From Thermodesulfobacteriota bacterium (GTDB taxonomy: Bacteria > Desulfobacterota > Desulfobulbia > Desulfobulbales > SURF-16), in NCBI GenBank assembly GCA_049323935.1, contig JBMONN010000024.1:16926-80925 (forward strand): DNA of 64,000 bases, given 5' to 3'. Position numbers and translations under genes: made by a program. The notes below the pieces were generated by a model, which saw only the letters and a program-made list of their open reading frames with translations, searched no databases and had not been told where the DNA came from. This document shows positions 1 through 9,755 of this stretch, in pieces (position 1 is the stretch's first letter; each line of letters opens with the position of its first letter).

Positions 1-1
1 G

Positions 2-877
2 GAACGCAGCTGTGAGCTGCAGAAAACCCTGAAGCTCCTTCAGGCCAAAAAGGAAAGCGAATATCGCCGGGCCGCCGAGGTGCACAGCGGCAGGATGGCG
101 GCCCTGGGCGAGATGGCAACTTCCATGGCCCACGAAATCAACCAGCCGCTCAATGTCATCTCCATCACCGTGCAGGGCTGGCAGCTGCTGGAACGGCGCC
201 ACATGCTGACCAAGGAAAAGATGCTGGGCGACGTGCAGGTCCTGCTCGACAACGTCAATCGCATCACCCGCCTCATCGACCATGTCCGCACCCTCGGCCA
301 TCCCTGCCAGGATCTCTGCTCCTTTACCTTTGCCGATGTCCTGGCCGACGCCCTGTCATTGTGTCGCATGCAGTTTCATAATCACGGGATCACCGTCCGG
401 GTGGAGACGGAGGGCGAGGTGCCGCCGGTGCAGGCCATTCAGGCGGAATTTGAACAGGTGCTGCTCAATCTCCTCTCCAACTCGCGCTATGCCCTGGTGG
501 AAAAGGCAAGAACGGATGAGGAGTTCGAGCCGGTCATCACCATCCGCGTCTTCAGCAGGGGCGAGATGGGGTGTGTCGCCATTGAAGACAATGGCGGCGG
601 CATTGATCCCCTGGCCGAGGAAAACATCTTCGACCCCTTTTTCACGACCAAGCCGGCAGGGCAGGGTACCGGGCTGGGACTCAGTATCTCCCGCCAGCTC
701 ATGCGGAAATTCAACGGCGATCTGCGGCTCATGAATACCCCGGGCATGGGGGCCTGTTTCGAAATCTGCCTGCCCCATGTTGCCGAACACGGGAAAGGGG
801 AGGGCTGCCTCAGAGGGCGCGGAGATGTTCCGGTCGCAACGCCGTCCCGTCCGCCAGGGCATGATCGATCATGGTGA
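2..877 (+). CDS. sensor histidine kinase, C-terminal part (5' end upstream of window)
   Basis: Frame open from nt 2 (track start at 80 is an internal GTG). H-box MAHEINQPLN, N-box LLNLLSNSRYAL, G-boxes EDNGGGI and GTGLGLSISR indicate HisKA + HATPase_c. The 3' tail overlaps the convergent gene. Confidence 0.85.
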   Translation, partial: ERSCELQKTLKLLQAKKESEYRRAAEVHSGRMAALGEMATSMAHEINQPLNVISITVQGWQLLERRHMLTKEKMLGDVQVLLDNVNRITRLIDHVRTLGHPCQDLCSFTFADVLADALSLCRMQFHNHGITVRVETEGEVPPVQAIQAEFEQVLLNLLSNSRYALVEKARTDEEFEPVITIRVFSRGEMGCVAIEDNGGGIDPLAEENIFDPFFTTKPAGQGTGLGLSISRQLMRKFNGDLRLMNTPGMGACFEICLPHVAEHGKGEGCLRGRGDVPVATPSRPPGHDRSW

Positions 878-1697
878 GAATTTTTTCCTTGTCTCGGCTG
901 AGACGACAGTTGATGGGCAGATAGTTGGAGGCGTGATTGGCCTGGAACTGAACCCGCGTCGCGCTGATGTGCGTTATCATGGTGCGCAGCTCCCGCAGCA
1001 GTCCGTTTCGACTAGGAAGGTTAAATAGTTTCGCTTTCTCGGCAAGATAAAGCGGAGTGTTTGGAAGGAGCATGAGGGTGAGAGCGGCGATCTGGTTGGC
1101 GCCGGAGTCGGAGACGACCCGACCGGTGGCAATGGCGTGTTCCATGGAGCCGGCTTCGCCGCCGATACCGAGCAGGACGGTGACGGAGAGAAACAGGCCG
1201 GCCTCCCGCACCCGGCAACCGGCCCTGATCATGCCGGCGCTGTCCGTGCCCTTGCGGATCGTTGCCAGCACCGTGTCCGAACCGCTTTCCACCCCCATGT
1301 AGACCCGATCGAGCCCGAGCCGTTTCAGTTCGCCCAACTCTGCCGGCGATTTTGCCATGATCGACCGGGCATTGGCATAAAGGCTGACTCGGTTGACCCA
1401 GGGCAGCCTCTTCCGAATATCCTCCAGCAGGGGGACGAGACGCTTCTGCGGCAGGATCAGGGCGTCGCCGTCGGCGAGAAAGATCTTGTTCTGGCGGCGG
1501 CAGTATGTCGCGGCAAAATCGATGTCCGCATCGATCACCTCCCGTTCCTTGATGCGGAAACGGACATCCTTATAAGCCCCGCAGAAGGTGCAGCGGTTAT
1601 GGGAACAGCCCACCGTCACCTGCAGGATAATGGAATCGGCCTCGCTGGGAGGCCGTATCACATTGCCTTCGTAGTGCACATCAAGCGCTTTTTTCAA
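810..1697 (-). CDS. radical SAM protein (function unknown)
   Basis: CxxxCxxC cluster motif GCSHNRCTFCGAYK near the N-terminus; Elp3-like core; start overlaps the serC stop (operon). Confidence 0.8.
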   Translation of the reverse strand: MKKALDVHYEGNVIRPPSEADSIILQVTVGCSHNRCTFCGAYKDVRFRIKEREVIDADIDFAATYCRRQNKIFLADGDALILPQKRLVPLLEDIRKRLPWVNRVSLYANARSIMAKSPAELGELKRLGLDRVYMGVESGSDTVLATIRKGTDSAGMIRAGCRVREAGLFLSVTVLLGIGGEAGSMEHAIATGRVVSDSGANQIAALTLMLLPNTPLYLAEKAKLFNLPSRNGLLRELRTMITHISATRVQFQANHASNYLPINCRLSRDKEKILTMIDHALADGTALRPEHLRAL

Positions 1698-2760
1698 ATT
1701 CCTTCATGAATGCCACCAGATCAATGACACCCTGTTTGGGGAAGGCATTGTAGATCGAGGCGCGGATGCCGCCGATGGAGCGGTGCCCTTTGAGGCCGTC
1801 GAGCCCCTGTTTGGCTGCCTCCTCGATGAATTTCTTTTCCAGTTCCGGGGTGGGCAAATTGAAGGTGACGTTCATCAGCGAGCGGGAATCCTTGTGGGCA
1901 TGGCCCCGGAAAAAGTCGGAAGCATCGATGGCGTCATAGAGGATGGCCGCCTTTTCCCGGTTGATCTTCTCGATCGCCGGCACGCCGCCCATTTTTTTGA
2001 GCCATTTGCAGACCAGGCCGATGATGTAAATAGCGAAGCAGGGCGGGGTGTTGAACATCGACCCGTTGTCGGCGTGGGTCTTGTAACGGAACATGGTCGG
2101 CACGGTTTCCGGAACCCGGTCGAGCAGGTCGTCGCGGACGATGACCAGGGTGGCGCCGGCTGGCCCGATGTTCTTCTGCGCCCCGGCAAAAACCAGCCCG
2201 AAAGGTTCCATGGCAAAGGGCCGGGACATGATGTCGGAACTCATATCGCAGACCAGCATCTTGTCCGATTTCGGCATGGTGTGGAACTGGGTGCCGTAAA
2301 TGGTGTTGTTGGAGACAAAGTAGAGATACTCGGCATCAGGATCAACCGTGTAGTCGGAATCGACCGGCACATGGTCGTATTTATTTGGCTCACTTGAATA
2401 GGCGACATGGGCCGAGGCCACGATATTGGCCTCCTTGATCGCCTTTTTCGCCCAGACGCCGGTGTTGAGATACGAGCCCTTCTTGCCCGACCCGAGCAGA
2501 TTCATCGGCACCATGGCAAACTGGGTGGAGGCGCCGCCCTGCAGGAAGAGCACCTTGTAATGCGCCGGGATGTTCAGCAGTTCACGAACCAGGGCCTCCG
2601 CCTCTTCGGCCACCGCCATGAAATCCTTGCCGCGGTGGCTCAGCTCGATGAGACCGATGCCCCGGTTGTTGTAGTTGACGATATCGATGGCCGCCTGTTG
2701 CAGCACCTCAACGGGCAGGGTGGCGGGCCCTGGACTGAAATTGTAAATCCTCTCCGGCAT
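1681..2760 (-). CDS. serC: phosphoserine aminotransferase
   Basis: MPERIYNFSPGPATLPVEVLQ... is a typical SerC N-terminus. The internal ATG at 2760 gives 359 aa. The upstream 117 codons of the track ORF run through a repeat element and are not SerC-like. Confidence 0.9.
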   Translation of the reverse strand: MPERIYNFSPGPATLPVEVLQQAAIDIVNYNNRGIGLIELSHRGKDFMAVAEEAEALVRELLNIPAHYKVLFLQGGASTQFAMVPMNLLGSGKKGSYLNTGVWAKKAIKEANIVASAHVAYSSEPNKYDHVPVDSDYTVDPDAEYLYFVSNNTIYGTQFHTMPKSDKMLVCDMSSDIMSRPFAMEPFGLVFAGAQKNIGPAGATLVIVRDDLLDRVPETVPTMFRYKTHADNGSMFNTPPCFAIYIIGLVCKWLKKMGGVPAIEKINREKAAILYDAIDASDFFRGHAHKDSRSLMNVTFNLPTPELEKKFIEEAAKQGLDGLKGHRSIGGIRASIYNAFPKQGVIDLVAFMKEFEKSA

Positions 2761-2825
2761 GACGTGATCTCCTCCGGTTTTCCCGGTGTCTAAAAGAAAA
2801 TGAAAAAACAGCTCCCTTAAAAAAA

Positions 2826-2925
2826 TTACCACTGAGAACACAGTGGACACAGAGATTTTTTTTGCTATCTCCGCGTCCTCTGTGGTCTCTGTGGCTGATT
2901 TTGAGTGTTTATAAAATCTTACGTC
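2826..2925. repeat. family A intergenic inverted-repeat element (copy A1)
   Basis: Arms CCACTGAGAACACAGTGGACACAGAG (2829-2854) and CCTCTGTGGTCTCTGTGG (2877-2894) around a T-rich loop. Same architecture at 13.1, 31.6 and 32.9 kb. Confidence 0.6.
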
Positions 2926-2935
2926 GTGGCGCGCC

Positions 2936-4642
2936 CTACAGGACAATTCCCATCCGTCGCAAGGCACCGATCCCGCCCTGCAGGTTGCGGGTGCGGGGGC
3001 GGATCTGCTGGAGCAGACACATGGCGTCATAGGAACGGCTGCCGGCGTTGCAGACCAGGATGATTTCCCGATCAGCCGGCACCTCATCGATGCGGGCCAG
3101 CAGTTCGTCATTAGGAATATTCAGCCAGTGCGGCCCATATGTTGCGGCCAGCGGCGCGCCCTGGGCCGCGGCCCGCACGTCGAGAAAGAGATAATCGCCC
3201 TCCTCACGCTGGTTCAGTTTTTCCATGAAGATCGGGGCGTCGATCGGTCGGTTGCGGCCCTCCAGGATATTCTGGGCGGCATTGGCGAGGGTATTGATAA
3301 TATCCATAGCCGCCGCGTAGGGCGGAGAGTAAGGCAGTTCCAGGTTGGCGATATCCTGCACGGTCGGCCTGTACTTGAGGATCGCCGCCACCGCCCCGAT
3401 CCTGGCGAGCAGGGCGTCGCTGTGGGGGCCGATGCCTTGGACGCCGAGCACCCGCTGCGTTTTTTTCTCCACCACCATCTGCATAAAAAGCATGCCGCTG
3501 TCAGGGTAGAAGTGGGCCCGGTCCGCCTGGACGACAAAGGCGGCGATGGCGTCGAATCCCTGGGTCCGGGCCATGTCGAGACTGAGACCGGTCTTGGCCA
3601 CACAGTTGTCAAAGAGCTTAATGATGAAGCTGCCGACCACCCCGTCGAAGGTCTCCTGCCGACCGGCGAGATTGGAGCCGATGACCCGGCCCTGGCGGTT
3701 GGCCACGGAGCCCATCGGCGCATAGGTGTGGCCGCCGCTGACCAGATCAATCATTTCGACACAGTCGCCGCCGGCGTAGATGGCAGGATCGGAGGTCTGC
3801 ATCCTGCGGTTGACGACGATGCCGCCGAACGGTCCGATGGCAAGACCGGCCTCCCGGGCCAGTTGACTGTTGGGACGCACCCCGACGGCCATGATGACCA
3901 GATCGGCGTCAATGGTCCGTTTGTCTGTTTTGACCGCATGCACCTTGCCGTTTGCAACGAGAAAGGCCTCCGCCTTTTCCGAGGTATGGACAATGACGCC
4001 CTTTTCCTCCAGATGGTGACGGGCCATGGACGCAACGGTGGCGTCAACGATGCGGGGCAGGATCTGTTCCATCATTTCCACCACCACGGTTTCCACGCCC
4101 CACAGGTCAGTCATGGCCTCAGCCATTTCCAGACCGATGGCGCCGCCGCCGAGGACAACGGCCCGACTCACCTCGCCGCGGGACAGACGAGCCTTGATCT
4201 CCACCGCCTTGTGCAGATCACTGATGGTGAAAACGCCGTCCGCCTCGCTGCCGGGCAGGGGGGGGGCAAAGGGAGTACTGCCGGTGGCCAGTACCAGTTT
4301 GTCATAGGAGAGCAATTCTTCGGCGCCGCTGGCCAGATCGCGGACCAGTACCTGCTTTTCCCGACGGTCGATGCGAAGCGCCCGGGACAGCGTTTTGACG
4401 GCAAATCCCTTTTCCCGGGCGAAATAGGCGGCATCGCGCAGGCTGTGAAACGAGGTGGAACGCAGTCCTTCCGCTTCGGCGACATCCCCGCAGACATAAT
4501 AAGGAATGCCGCAACCGCCGTAAGAGATGACCGAGTCCTGATCAATAAGGGTTATTTCCGCTTCCGGGTCCAGCCGTCTGGCCCGGCTGGCCGCCTTTGG
4601 TCCCAGGGCCACCCCGCCGATGATAAGAATTTTCTGTCCCAT
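2936..4642 (-). CDS. FAD-dependent pyridine nucleotide-disulfide oxidoreductase (CoA-disulfide reductase/NADH oxidase-like) with C-terminal rhodanese domain
   Basis: KILIIGGVALGPKAA dinucleotide fold, redox Cys motif SYGGCGIPYY, second GGGAIGLE fold, C-terminal rhodanese-like CNAGSRS loop. ATG at 4642 is preceded by AGGAG. Confidence 0.8.
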   Translation of the reverse strand: MGQKILIIGGVALGPKAASRARRLDPEAEITLIDQDSVISYGGCGIPYYVCGDVAEAEGLRSTSFHSLRDAAYFAREKGFAVKTLSRALRIDRREKQVLVRDLASGAEELLSYDKLVLATGSTPFAPPLPGSEADGVFTISDLHKAVEIKARLSRGEVSRAVVLGGGAIGLEMAEAMTDLWGVETVVVEMMEQILPRIVDATVASMARHHLEEKGVIVHTSEKAEAFLVANGKVHAVKTDKRTIDADLVIMAVGVRPNSQLAREAGLAIGPFGGIVVNRRMQTSDPAIYAGGDCVEMIDLVSGGHTYAPMGSVANRQGRVIGSNLAGRQETFDGVVGSFIIKLFDNCVAKTGLSLDMARTQGFDAIAAFVVQADRAHFYPDSGMLFMQMVVEKKTQRVLGVQGIGPHSDALLARIGAVAAILKYRPTVQDIANLELPYSPPYAAAMDIINTLANAAQNILEGRNRPIDAPIFMEKLNQREEGDYLFLDVRAAAQGAPLAATYGPHWLNIPNDELLARIDEVPADREIILVCNAGSRSYDAMCLLQQIRPRTRNLQGGIGALRRMGIVL

Positions 4643-4718
4643 TGCAACTCCTGCCCGTATACCGGGCAACCCTGCTGAAAGATCCCGAAAGGCGACCAGA
4701 GTCGCATCCGCATGCATT

Positions 4719-4824
4719 GTCGAAATTGTAAAAAAAAACCACGATTGCGATGGTCGCTGTATTGTAACGGGTTGTTTTCACTTTCATACCCGCCATGGCT
4801 TGCGTTTTTTTTGCAAGACCGTCC
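4719..4824 (+). repeat. family B hairpin-bearing intergenic element (copy B1, degenerate hairpin)
   Basis: GTCGAAATTGT...ACGATTGCGAT, then TTGTAACGGGTTGTTTTCACTTTCATACCCGCCATGGCTTGCG, then TTGCAAGACC. Flanked by TGCATT at 4713-4718 and 4825-4830. Confidence 0.6.
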
Positions 4825-5075
4825 TGCATTCAATGGCTGAAAAAAGAGAAATAATAGTGTAAAGAGAGGTTGTTGTCATCTACTACTTGCTGGCATCGCG
4901 AAAAGTCTGGATCTCCTTATAATGCTGCGGCGGGATCGCGAAATGCTCGGCGTCCCCTCTGGATACCACCGCTTTCGCGACATCAGCGCGCCTTGGATAT
5001 CAAAACTGTTGCGTACTTGACGAACCAGTACTCTCCACGAGCGCATCACTCCTTGCATCCACAAAAAGGCAGCCC

Positions 5076-6020
5076 GTGACCACCAGCACTCCGAGAGCGC
5101 CGCTCATCATCCTTGTCGGCCCGACCGCCATCGGCAAAACGGAACTCTCCCTGACCCTTGCCGAAGTTTTCGGGTGTGAGATCATCTCCATGGACTCCAT
5201 GCAGATCTACCGTCACATGGATATCGGCACCGCCAAACCGAGTCGGGCCGAGCGGCAACGGGTGGTGCATCATCTGATCGATTATGTTGATCCGGACGAA
5301 CCGTATCACGTTGCCCGTTATACACGGGATGCGGAAGAGGCGATCGCCGGGGTGCGGAGCTGCGGCCGTCTGCCCATGCTGGTGGGGGGGACCGGCCTCT
5401 ATATGAAGGGGTTACTGGAAGGAATCTTTGCCATGCCCGAGGTGCCGGAGGAGATCCGGCAGCTGGTGCAAGCCGAGTTACAGAAAGAGGGAGCGGAAAC
5501 GCTTCACCGCAGACTGCAATCAATCGATCCGGAAAGCGCGGCCAGAATCCATCCCCATGATCCCCAGCGACTGGTTCGGGCCATGGAGGTCTGGCTGGCC
5601 ACCGGGACGCCATGGAGCACCCATCTCAATCGTCAGCAACAGGAAAAGGCTCGGCAGTCGGGCCAAAACCGCACCGTGCGGATCGGGTTGACCATGGAGC
5701 GACAGGAACTGTACACCCGCATCAACCATCGGGTGGGGCTGATGGTGAGCCAGGGACTGCTTGAAGAGGTGGAACGGCTGCTGGCCATGGGTTTTCCCCG
5801 CGAGCTCAACCCTATGCAATCCATTGGGTACCGGCACATGATCAATTTTATCGATCGCCTCTGGTCCTGGGAAAAAACCCTGGAGTTGCTGGCCAGGGAC
5901 ACCCGACGCTACGCCAAGCGTCAGCTTACCTGGTTTGGCCACGACGGTGCCATCAATTGGTTCCGGCCGGACGAAACGAACAAAATCAGAAATTTTATCC
6001 GTCAGGCCTTGGCTTGCTAA
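5076..6020 (+). CDS. miaA: tRNA dimethylallyltransferase
   Basis: P-loop ILVGPTAIGKTELSL, DSMQIYRHMDIGTAKP motif; GTG start. Confidence 0.9.
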   Translation: MTTSTPRAPLIILVGPTAIGKTELSLTLAEVFGCEIISMDSMQIYRHMDIGTAKPSRAERQRVVHHLIDYVDPDEPYHVARYTRDAEEAIAGVRSCGRLPMLVGGTGLYMKGLLEGIFAMPEVPEEIRQLVQAELQKEGAETLHRRLQSIDPESAARIHPHDPQRLVRAMEVWLATGTPWSTHLNRQQQEKARQSGQNRTVRIGLTMERQELYTRINHRVGLMVSQGLLEEVERLLAMGFPRELNPMQSIGYRHMINFIDRLWSWEKTLELLARDTRRYAKRQLTWFGHDGAINWFRPDETNKIRNFIRQALAC

Positions 6021-6062
6021 GACGACATCAGCGATATCTTAACAGAAAAGAGCAATATAACA

Positions 6063-7871
6063 ATGTTTCGTAAGGAAATCGTGCAACGTGTTGAAAATTC
6101 GTCAGCTTTTTCTGAAGCGCGCAAGTACGGTTTTACAGAACTTCAGAGTCGGATCATTGCCGGCCGGGCGACCCGCGCCAATGGCGAACTGAAATCCGTT
6201 CTCTTCCCGACCCTGAACAATCTCCACCACCCGAACAGTCTGGAGGATGGCGCAACTGCGGCCGCCGTCATCGTCGAGGCGATTCTTGAAAAAAAAAGAA
6301 TCGGCATCCTGACAGACTACGACGTGGACGGTATCTGTTCCCACGTCGTCGTCCACGAATCACTGCGCCATTTCGGGGTAAAAACCGACCTGCTGTCAAG
6401 TTTTATCGGACACCGGATGAACGACGGTTACGGCATCAGTCAGAACCTGGCCGATCGTATCCTCACGCAACACCAACAACCCAATCTTATCATCACCGCT
6501 GATTGCGGCTCCTCTGACGAAAAACAGATCAAAAGATTGAAAGAGGCGGGGATGACCGTCATTGTCACCGATCACCATGCCATTCCCGCCGAAGGCATTC
6601 CGGTCTCGGCGGCGGCAACGGTGAACCCGAGTCGCGAGGATTGCCGCTATCCGGACAAGCTCATATCCGGCTGCATGGTCAGCTGGCTGGTGATGTGTCT
6701 CGTTCGAAACGTTCTCAGAGAAAAAAAATATCTCTTTGAAACAGCGAACCAATTGGCAAGTCTTCTTGACTATGTTGCCCTGAGCACGGTGGCGGATGCG
6801 GTTTCCTTTTTCAGCGGCACCAACCGCGCCGTTGTCGTCAGCGGCTTACGGATCATCAACCGCAAAACCAAACCCTCATGGTTTTCATTGGCCTCCCTGC
6901 TTGGCAAAACCGATGATTCTCCCTTTACCGCCGAAGATCTCGCCTTTCAGGTAGCACCTCGCATCAATGCACGGGGCAGAATGGCCGACCCCTATGCAGC
7001 CCTTAATTTTTTTCTTGCCGAGAGTACGGAACAGGCGGAGGCACAGCTGCTTAAGCTCGAAAAGAACAACGAGCAACGCAAGAGCGCGGAAAGAGAAATG
7101 GTGAGAACCGCACGAAAAGAGGCAATGTGTCAGATTCGGTCGGGGCGACGGTCCATCGTCGTCGCTGACGCTGCTTTTCATCCCGGCGTGCAGGGGATAG
7201 TCGCCTCGCGGCTTGTCGATGACTGCGGCCGACCAGCCGTGGTATTGAGTCCTACCAAAGAAAGTGATATCTTGTCCGGATCGGTTCGCTCCGTTCCGGA
7301 GGTGGATGTTCGCAATGTTCTGCAAAAAATCCATGAAAAAAGGCCGGAGCTCTTTCTCTCCTTTGGCGGCCACAGTGGTGCTGCCGGGCTGAAGATTCGC
7401 CTGGAAAAGCTCGCGGAGTTCAGTGCCGCCTTTGAAAAGGTCGTCTGCGATGAAACGGCAGGACGTGTTCTCCGTCCGATCATCACCACTGATGGGCCGT
7501 TGCCGACCCGGGATATGACCTTTGAAACCATCGCTGAGCTACACGCCCTTGAACCCTTTGGCCGAGAGTTCGACGAGCCGGTTTTTGAGGGAATGTTCAC
7601 CGTGAAAAGGATTAGACCGGTGGGAGCCGAGTCGATTCATCTCGCCATGACCCTGGAGGCGAACAATGGCCGCACATTTCACGGGATCTGGTTTCGCGCC
7701 CTGGAGAACGCCGAAGAAGAGGTGTCGATCAAGGGGGGCGAGTTGATCCGCTGCGCCTTCAAGTTAAAAATAAACACCTTTCGCGGCAACACGAATATTC
7801 AGATGATGATCGAATATGCGGAAGCGAGTCAAAGGCTGCAAGGGGACCAGCGGAACAGGGCGGTGCAGTGA
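6063..7871 (+). CDS. recJ: single-stranded-DNA-specific exonuclease RecJ
   Basis: DHH family motifs DYDVDGICS, ITADCGSS, VTDHH, and a DHHA1-like GGHSGAAG. Confidence 0.9.
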   Translation: MFRKEIVQRVENSSAFSEARKYGFTELQSRIIAGRATRANGELKSVLFPTLNNLHHPNSLEDGATAAAVIVEAILEKKRIGILTDYDVDGICSHVVVHESLRHFGVKTDLLSSFIGHRMNDGYGISQNLADRILTQHQQPNLIITADCGSSDEKQIKRLKEAGMTVIVTDHHAIPAEGIPVSAAATVNPSREDCRYPDKLISGCMVSWLVMCLVRNVLREKKYLFETANQLASLLDYVALSTVADAVSFFSGTNRAVVVSGLRIINRKTKPSWFSLASLLGKTDDSPFTAEDLAFQVAPRINARGRMADPYAALNFFLAESTEQAEAQLLKLEKNNEQRKSAEREMVRTARKEAMCQIRSGRRSIVVADAAFHPGVQGIVASRLVDDCGRPAVVLSPTKESDILSGSVRSVPEVDVRNVLQKIHEKRPELFLSFGGHSGAAGLKIRLEKLAEFSAAFEKVVCDETAGRVLRPIITTDGPLPTRDMTFETIAELHALEPFGREFDEPVFEGMFTVKRIRPVGAESIHLAMTLEANNGRTFHGIWFRALENAEEEVSIKGGELIRCAFKLKINTFRGNTNIQMMIEYAEASQRLQGDQRNRAVQ

Positions 7872-8067
7872 TTTTCCCGGTGAAGGCATTCCGGGTAACA
7901 CATTGTTTTTTTTGAATGAAATTAAATTTAACATAATATACATTATGCGACATTTCGATTAGAGGGTTTTCTTTTTGAACGGCTGGTGCTAAATGTTCTA
8001 GATATTTTGTCGCAAGCTATACAGCTCGATCGTTTTTTTTGACAGCATCATCAACGGGAGTCACTTC

Positions 8068-9510
8068 ATGAACAGAGAGATCTATCAGGAACCGCTGGTC
8101 AGTCGTTATACCAGTCGGGAGATGCAGCAGATATTTTCGGAACAGACAAAATTTGCCACCTGGCGGCGCTGCTGGATCGCCCTGGCCGAGGCCCAGCACG
8201 AGCTTGGTCTGTCCCTCGTGACCCAGCCAATGATCGACGAGATGAAACGCTTTGAGACCGACATCAACTTTGATGTTGCCGCCCAAAAGGAAAAAGAAAT
8301 CCGTCACGATGTCATGGCCCATGTTTACGCCTATGGTTGCCAGTGCCCGACAGCTGAGCCGATCATTCATCTCGGCGCCACCTCGCAGTTTGTCGGCTGC
8401 AACACCGATCTTATTCTTCAGCGCCGAGCTCTCAACCTGATCACGAAGGCGCTGCTCAATGTCGTTGCCAACCTGGCCTCCTTCTGCCGGACTCACAAGG
8501 CCCTGGCCACCCTCGGCTACACCCATTATCAGCCTGCCCAGCCCACCACGGTCGGCAAGCGCCACACTCTTTACATTCAGGATCTGCTGATGGATCTTGA
8601 CTACATTGAACACCTGGAGAAGCAGTTCAAGGCCCGGGGAGCCAAGGGAACGGTCGGCACCCAGGCAACCTTTCTCGAACTCTTCAATGGCGACCATGAC
8701 AAAGTTCGTAAACTTGATAAACTTGTCGCCAAAAAGCTTGGATTTAACGATGTTTTTGATGTCACAGGCCAGACTTATACTCGGAAACTTGACATGAAGA
8801 TCGCCGAAACCCTGGCCGGTATTGGCGCGACGGCCCACAAATTCGCGGTGGATTTGCGGCTGCTCTCCAATCTCAAGGTCCAGGAAGAGCCCTTTGCCAG
8901 CGGCCAGGTCGGCAGTTCAGCCATGGCTTACAAGCGCAACCCCATGCGCAGTGAACGGATGACCGGTCTTGCCCGTAAGCTGATGGGCCTGCCTGCGGAT
9001 TTTGCCGCAACCTATGCTAATCAATGGTTTGAGCGAACCCTCGATGACTCGGCCATCCGAAGAATGGATATCCCACAGGCCTTTCTTTTGACCGATGCCA
9101 TACTAAAGCTTTATCTCAATATTACGTCAAAAATGGTTGTTTTTCCGCAACAGATTGCTCGTCATCTTCGAATGGAATTGCCTTTCATGGCCACTGAAAA
9201 AATTCTGATGGCCTCAGTCGAGAAAGGAAAAAGCCGTCAGGAGATGCATGAAATCATTAAAATCCACTCAGTGGCGGCCGGCAGGGTGGTGAAGGAGGAA
9301 GGCAAGGACAACGATCTTCTTCAGCGTCTCGGTGATGATCCGGCCATCCCCTTTACTGTGAAGGAGCTAGAGTCCATGGTGGGCAGCGGCGCTGAATTTG
9401 TCGGCCGGGCACCGGAGCAGACCGAGGAGTTTCTTACGGAAGTCGTTGAGCCGCGCCTTGAACGGTACAAGGCCCTGCTCGGCGCCGGTGATACAGAACT
9501 TTCGGTATGA
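8068..9510 (+). CDS. purB: adenylosuccinate lyase
   Basis: Fumarate lyase superfamily signature GSSAMAYKRNP; length and N-terminus (YQEPLVSRYTSREM) fit long-type PurB. Confidence 0.9.
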   Translation: MNREIYQEPLVSRYTSREMQQIFSEQTKFATWRRCWIALAEAQHELGLSLVTQPMIDEMKRFETDINFDVAAQKEKEIRHDVMAHVYAYGCQCPTAEPIIHLGATSQFVGCNTDLILQRRALNLITKALLNVVANLASFCRTHKALATLGYTHYQPAQPTTVGKRHTLYIQDLLMDLDYIEHLEKQFKARGAKGTVGTQATFLELFNGDHDKVRKLDKLVAKKLGFNDVFDVTGQTYTRKLDMKIAETLAGIGATAHKFAVDLRLLSNLKVQEEPFASGQVGSSAMAYKRNPMRSERMTGLARKLMGLPADFAATYANQWFERTLDDSAIRRMDIPQAFLLTDAILKLYLNITSKMVVFPQQIARHLRMELPFMATEKILMASVEKGKSRQEMHEIIKIHSVAAGRVVKEEGKDNDLLQRLGDDPAIPFTVKELESMVGSGAEFVGRAPEQTEEFLTEVVEPRLERYKALLGAGDTELSV

Positions 9511-9755
9511 CCGTTCCATGGCCGTATGCCGGCGAGATCAGGAAGCTTTATCTCCGCATCTCGCCGCGCCGCATTCACTATCTCAAATTTCTGCTTGAGG
9601 GCTATGACGGCATGGCGATTCTGTCCACCATTGATGCCGGCACCGGGCTCGTCGTCGTCCGTTATCCGGAATGGTTTACCTGTTTTCTTTTCGCCCTGCT
9701 CCGTGACATCGCCCCGTCGCTTTGTTCAGGATCACATGGAGAAGGATTGGGATGA
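9507..9755 (+). CDS. small conserved protein, DUF4911-like
   Basis: 82 aa, RRIHYLKFLLEGYDGMAILSTID motif. ATGA overlap with the purB stop and with the next gene's start. Family assignment is from memory only. Confidence 0.5.
   Translation: MTVPWPYAGEIRKLYLRISPRRIHYLKFLLEGYDGMAILSTIDAGTGLVVVRYPEWFTCFLFALLRDIAPSLCSGSHGEGLG

Noticed and set aside
3128-4678. 516-aa ORF on the plus strand
   Set aside because: It lies entirely antisense to the well-supported CoADR-like gene. Its composition is Gly/Arg/His/Asp-rich with no motifs, typical of a shadow ORF in GC-rich coding DNA.
7872-8067. Purine or ZTP riboswitch upstream of purB, and a terminator after recJ
   Set aside because: No conserved riboswitch core sequences are recognisable. 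The CCCGG..CCGGG stem after recJ is only 5 bp, and the T-run is separated from it.
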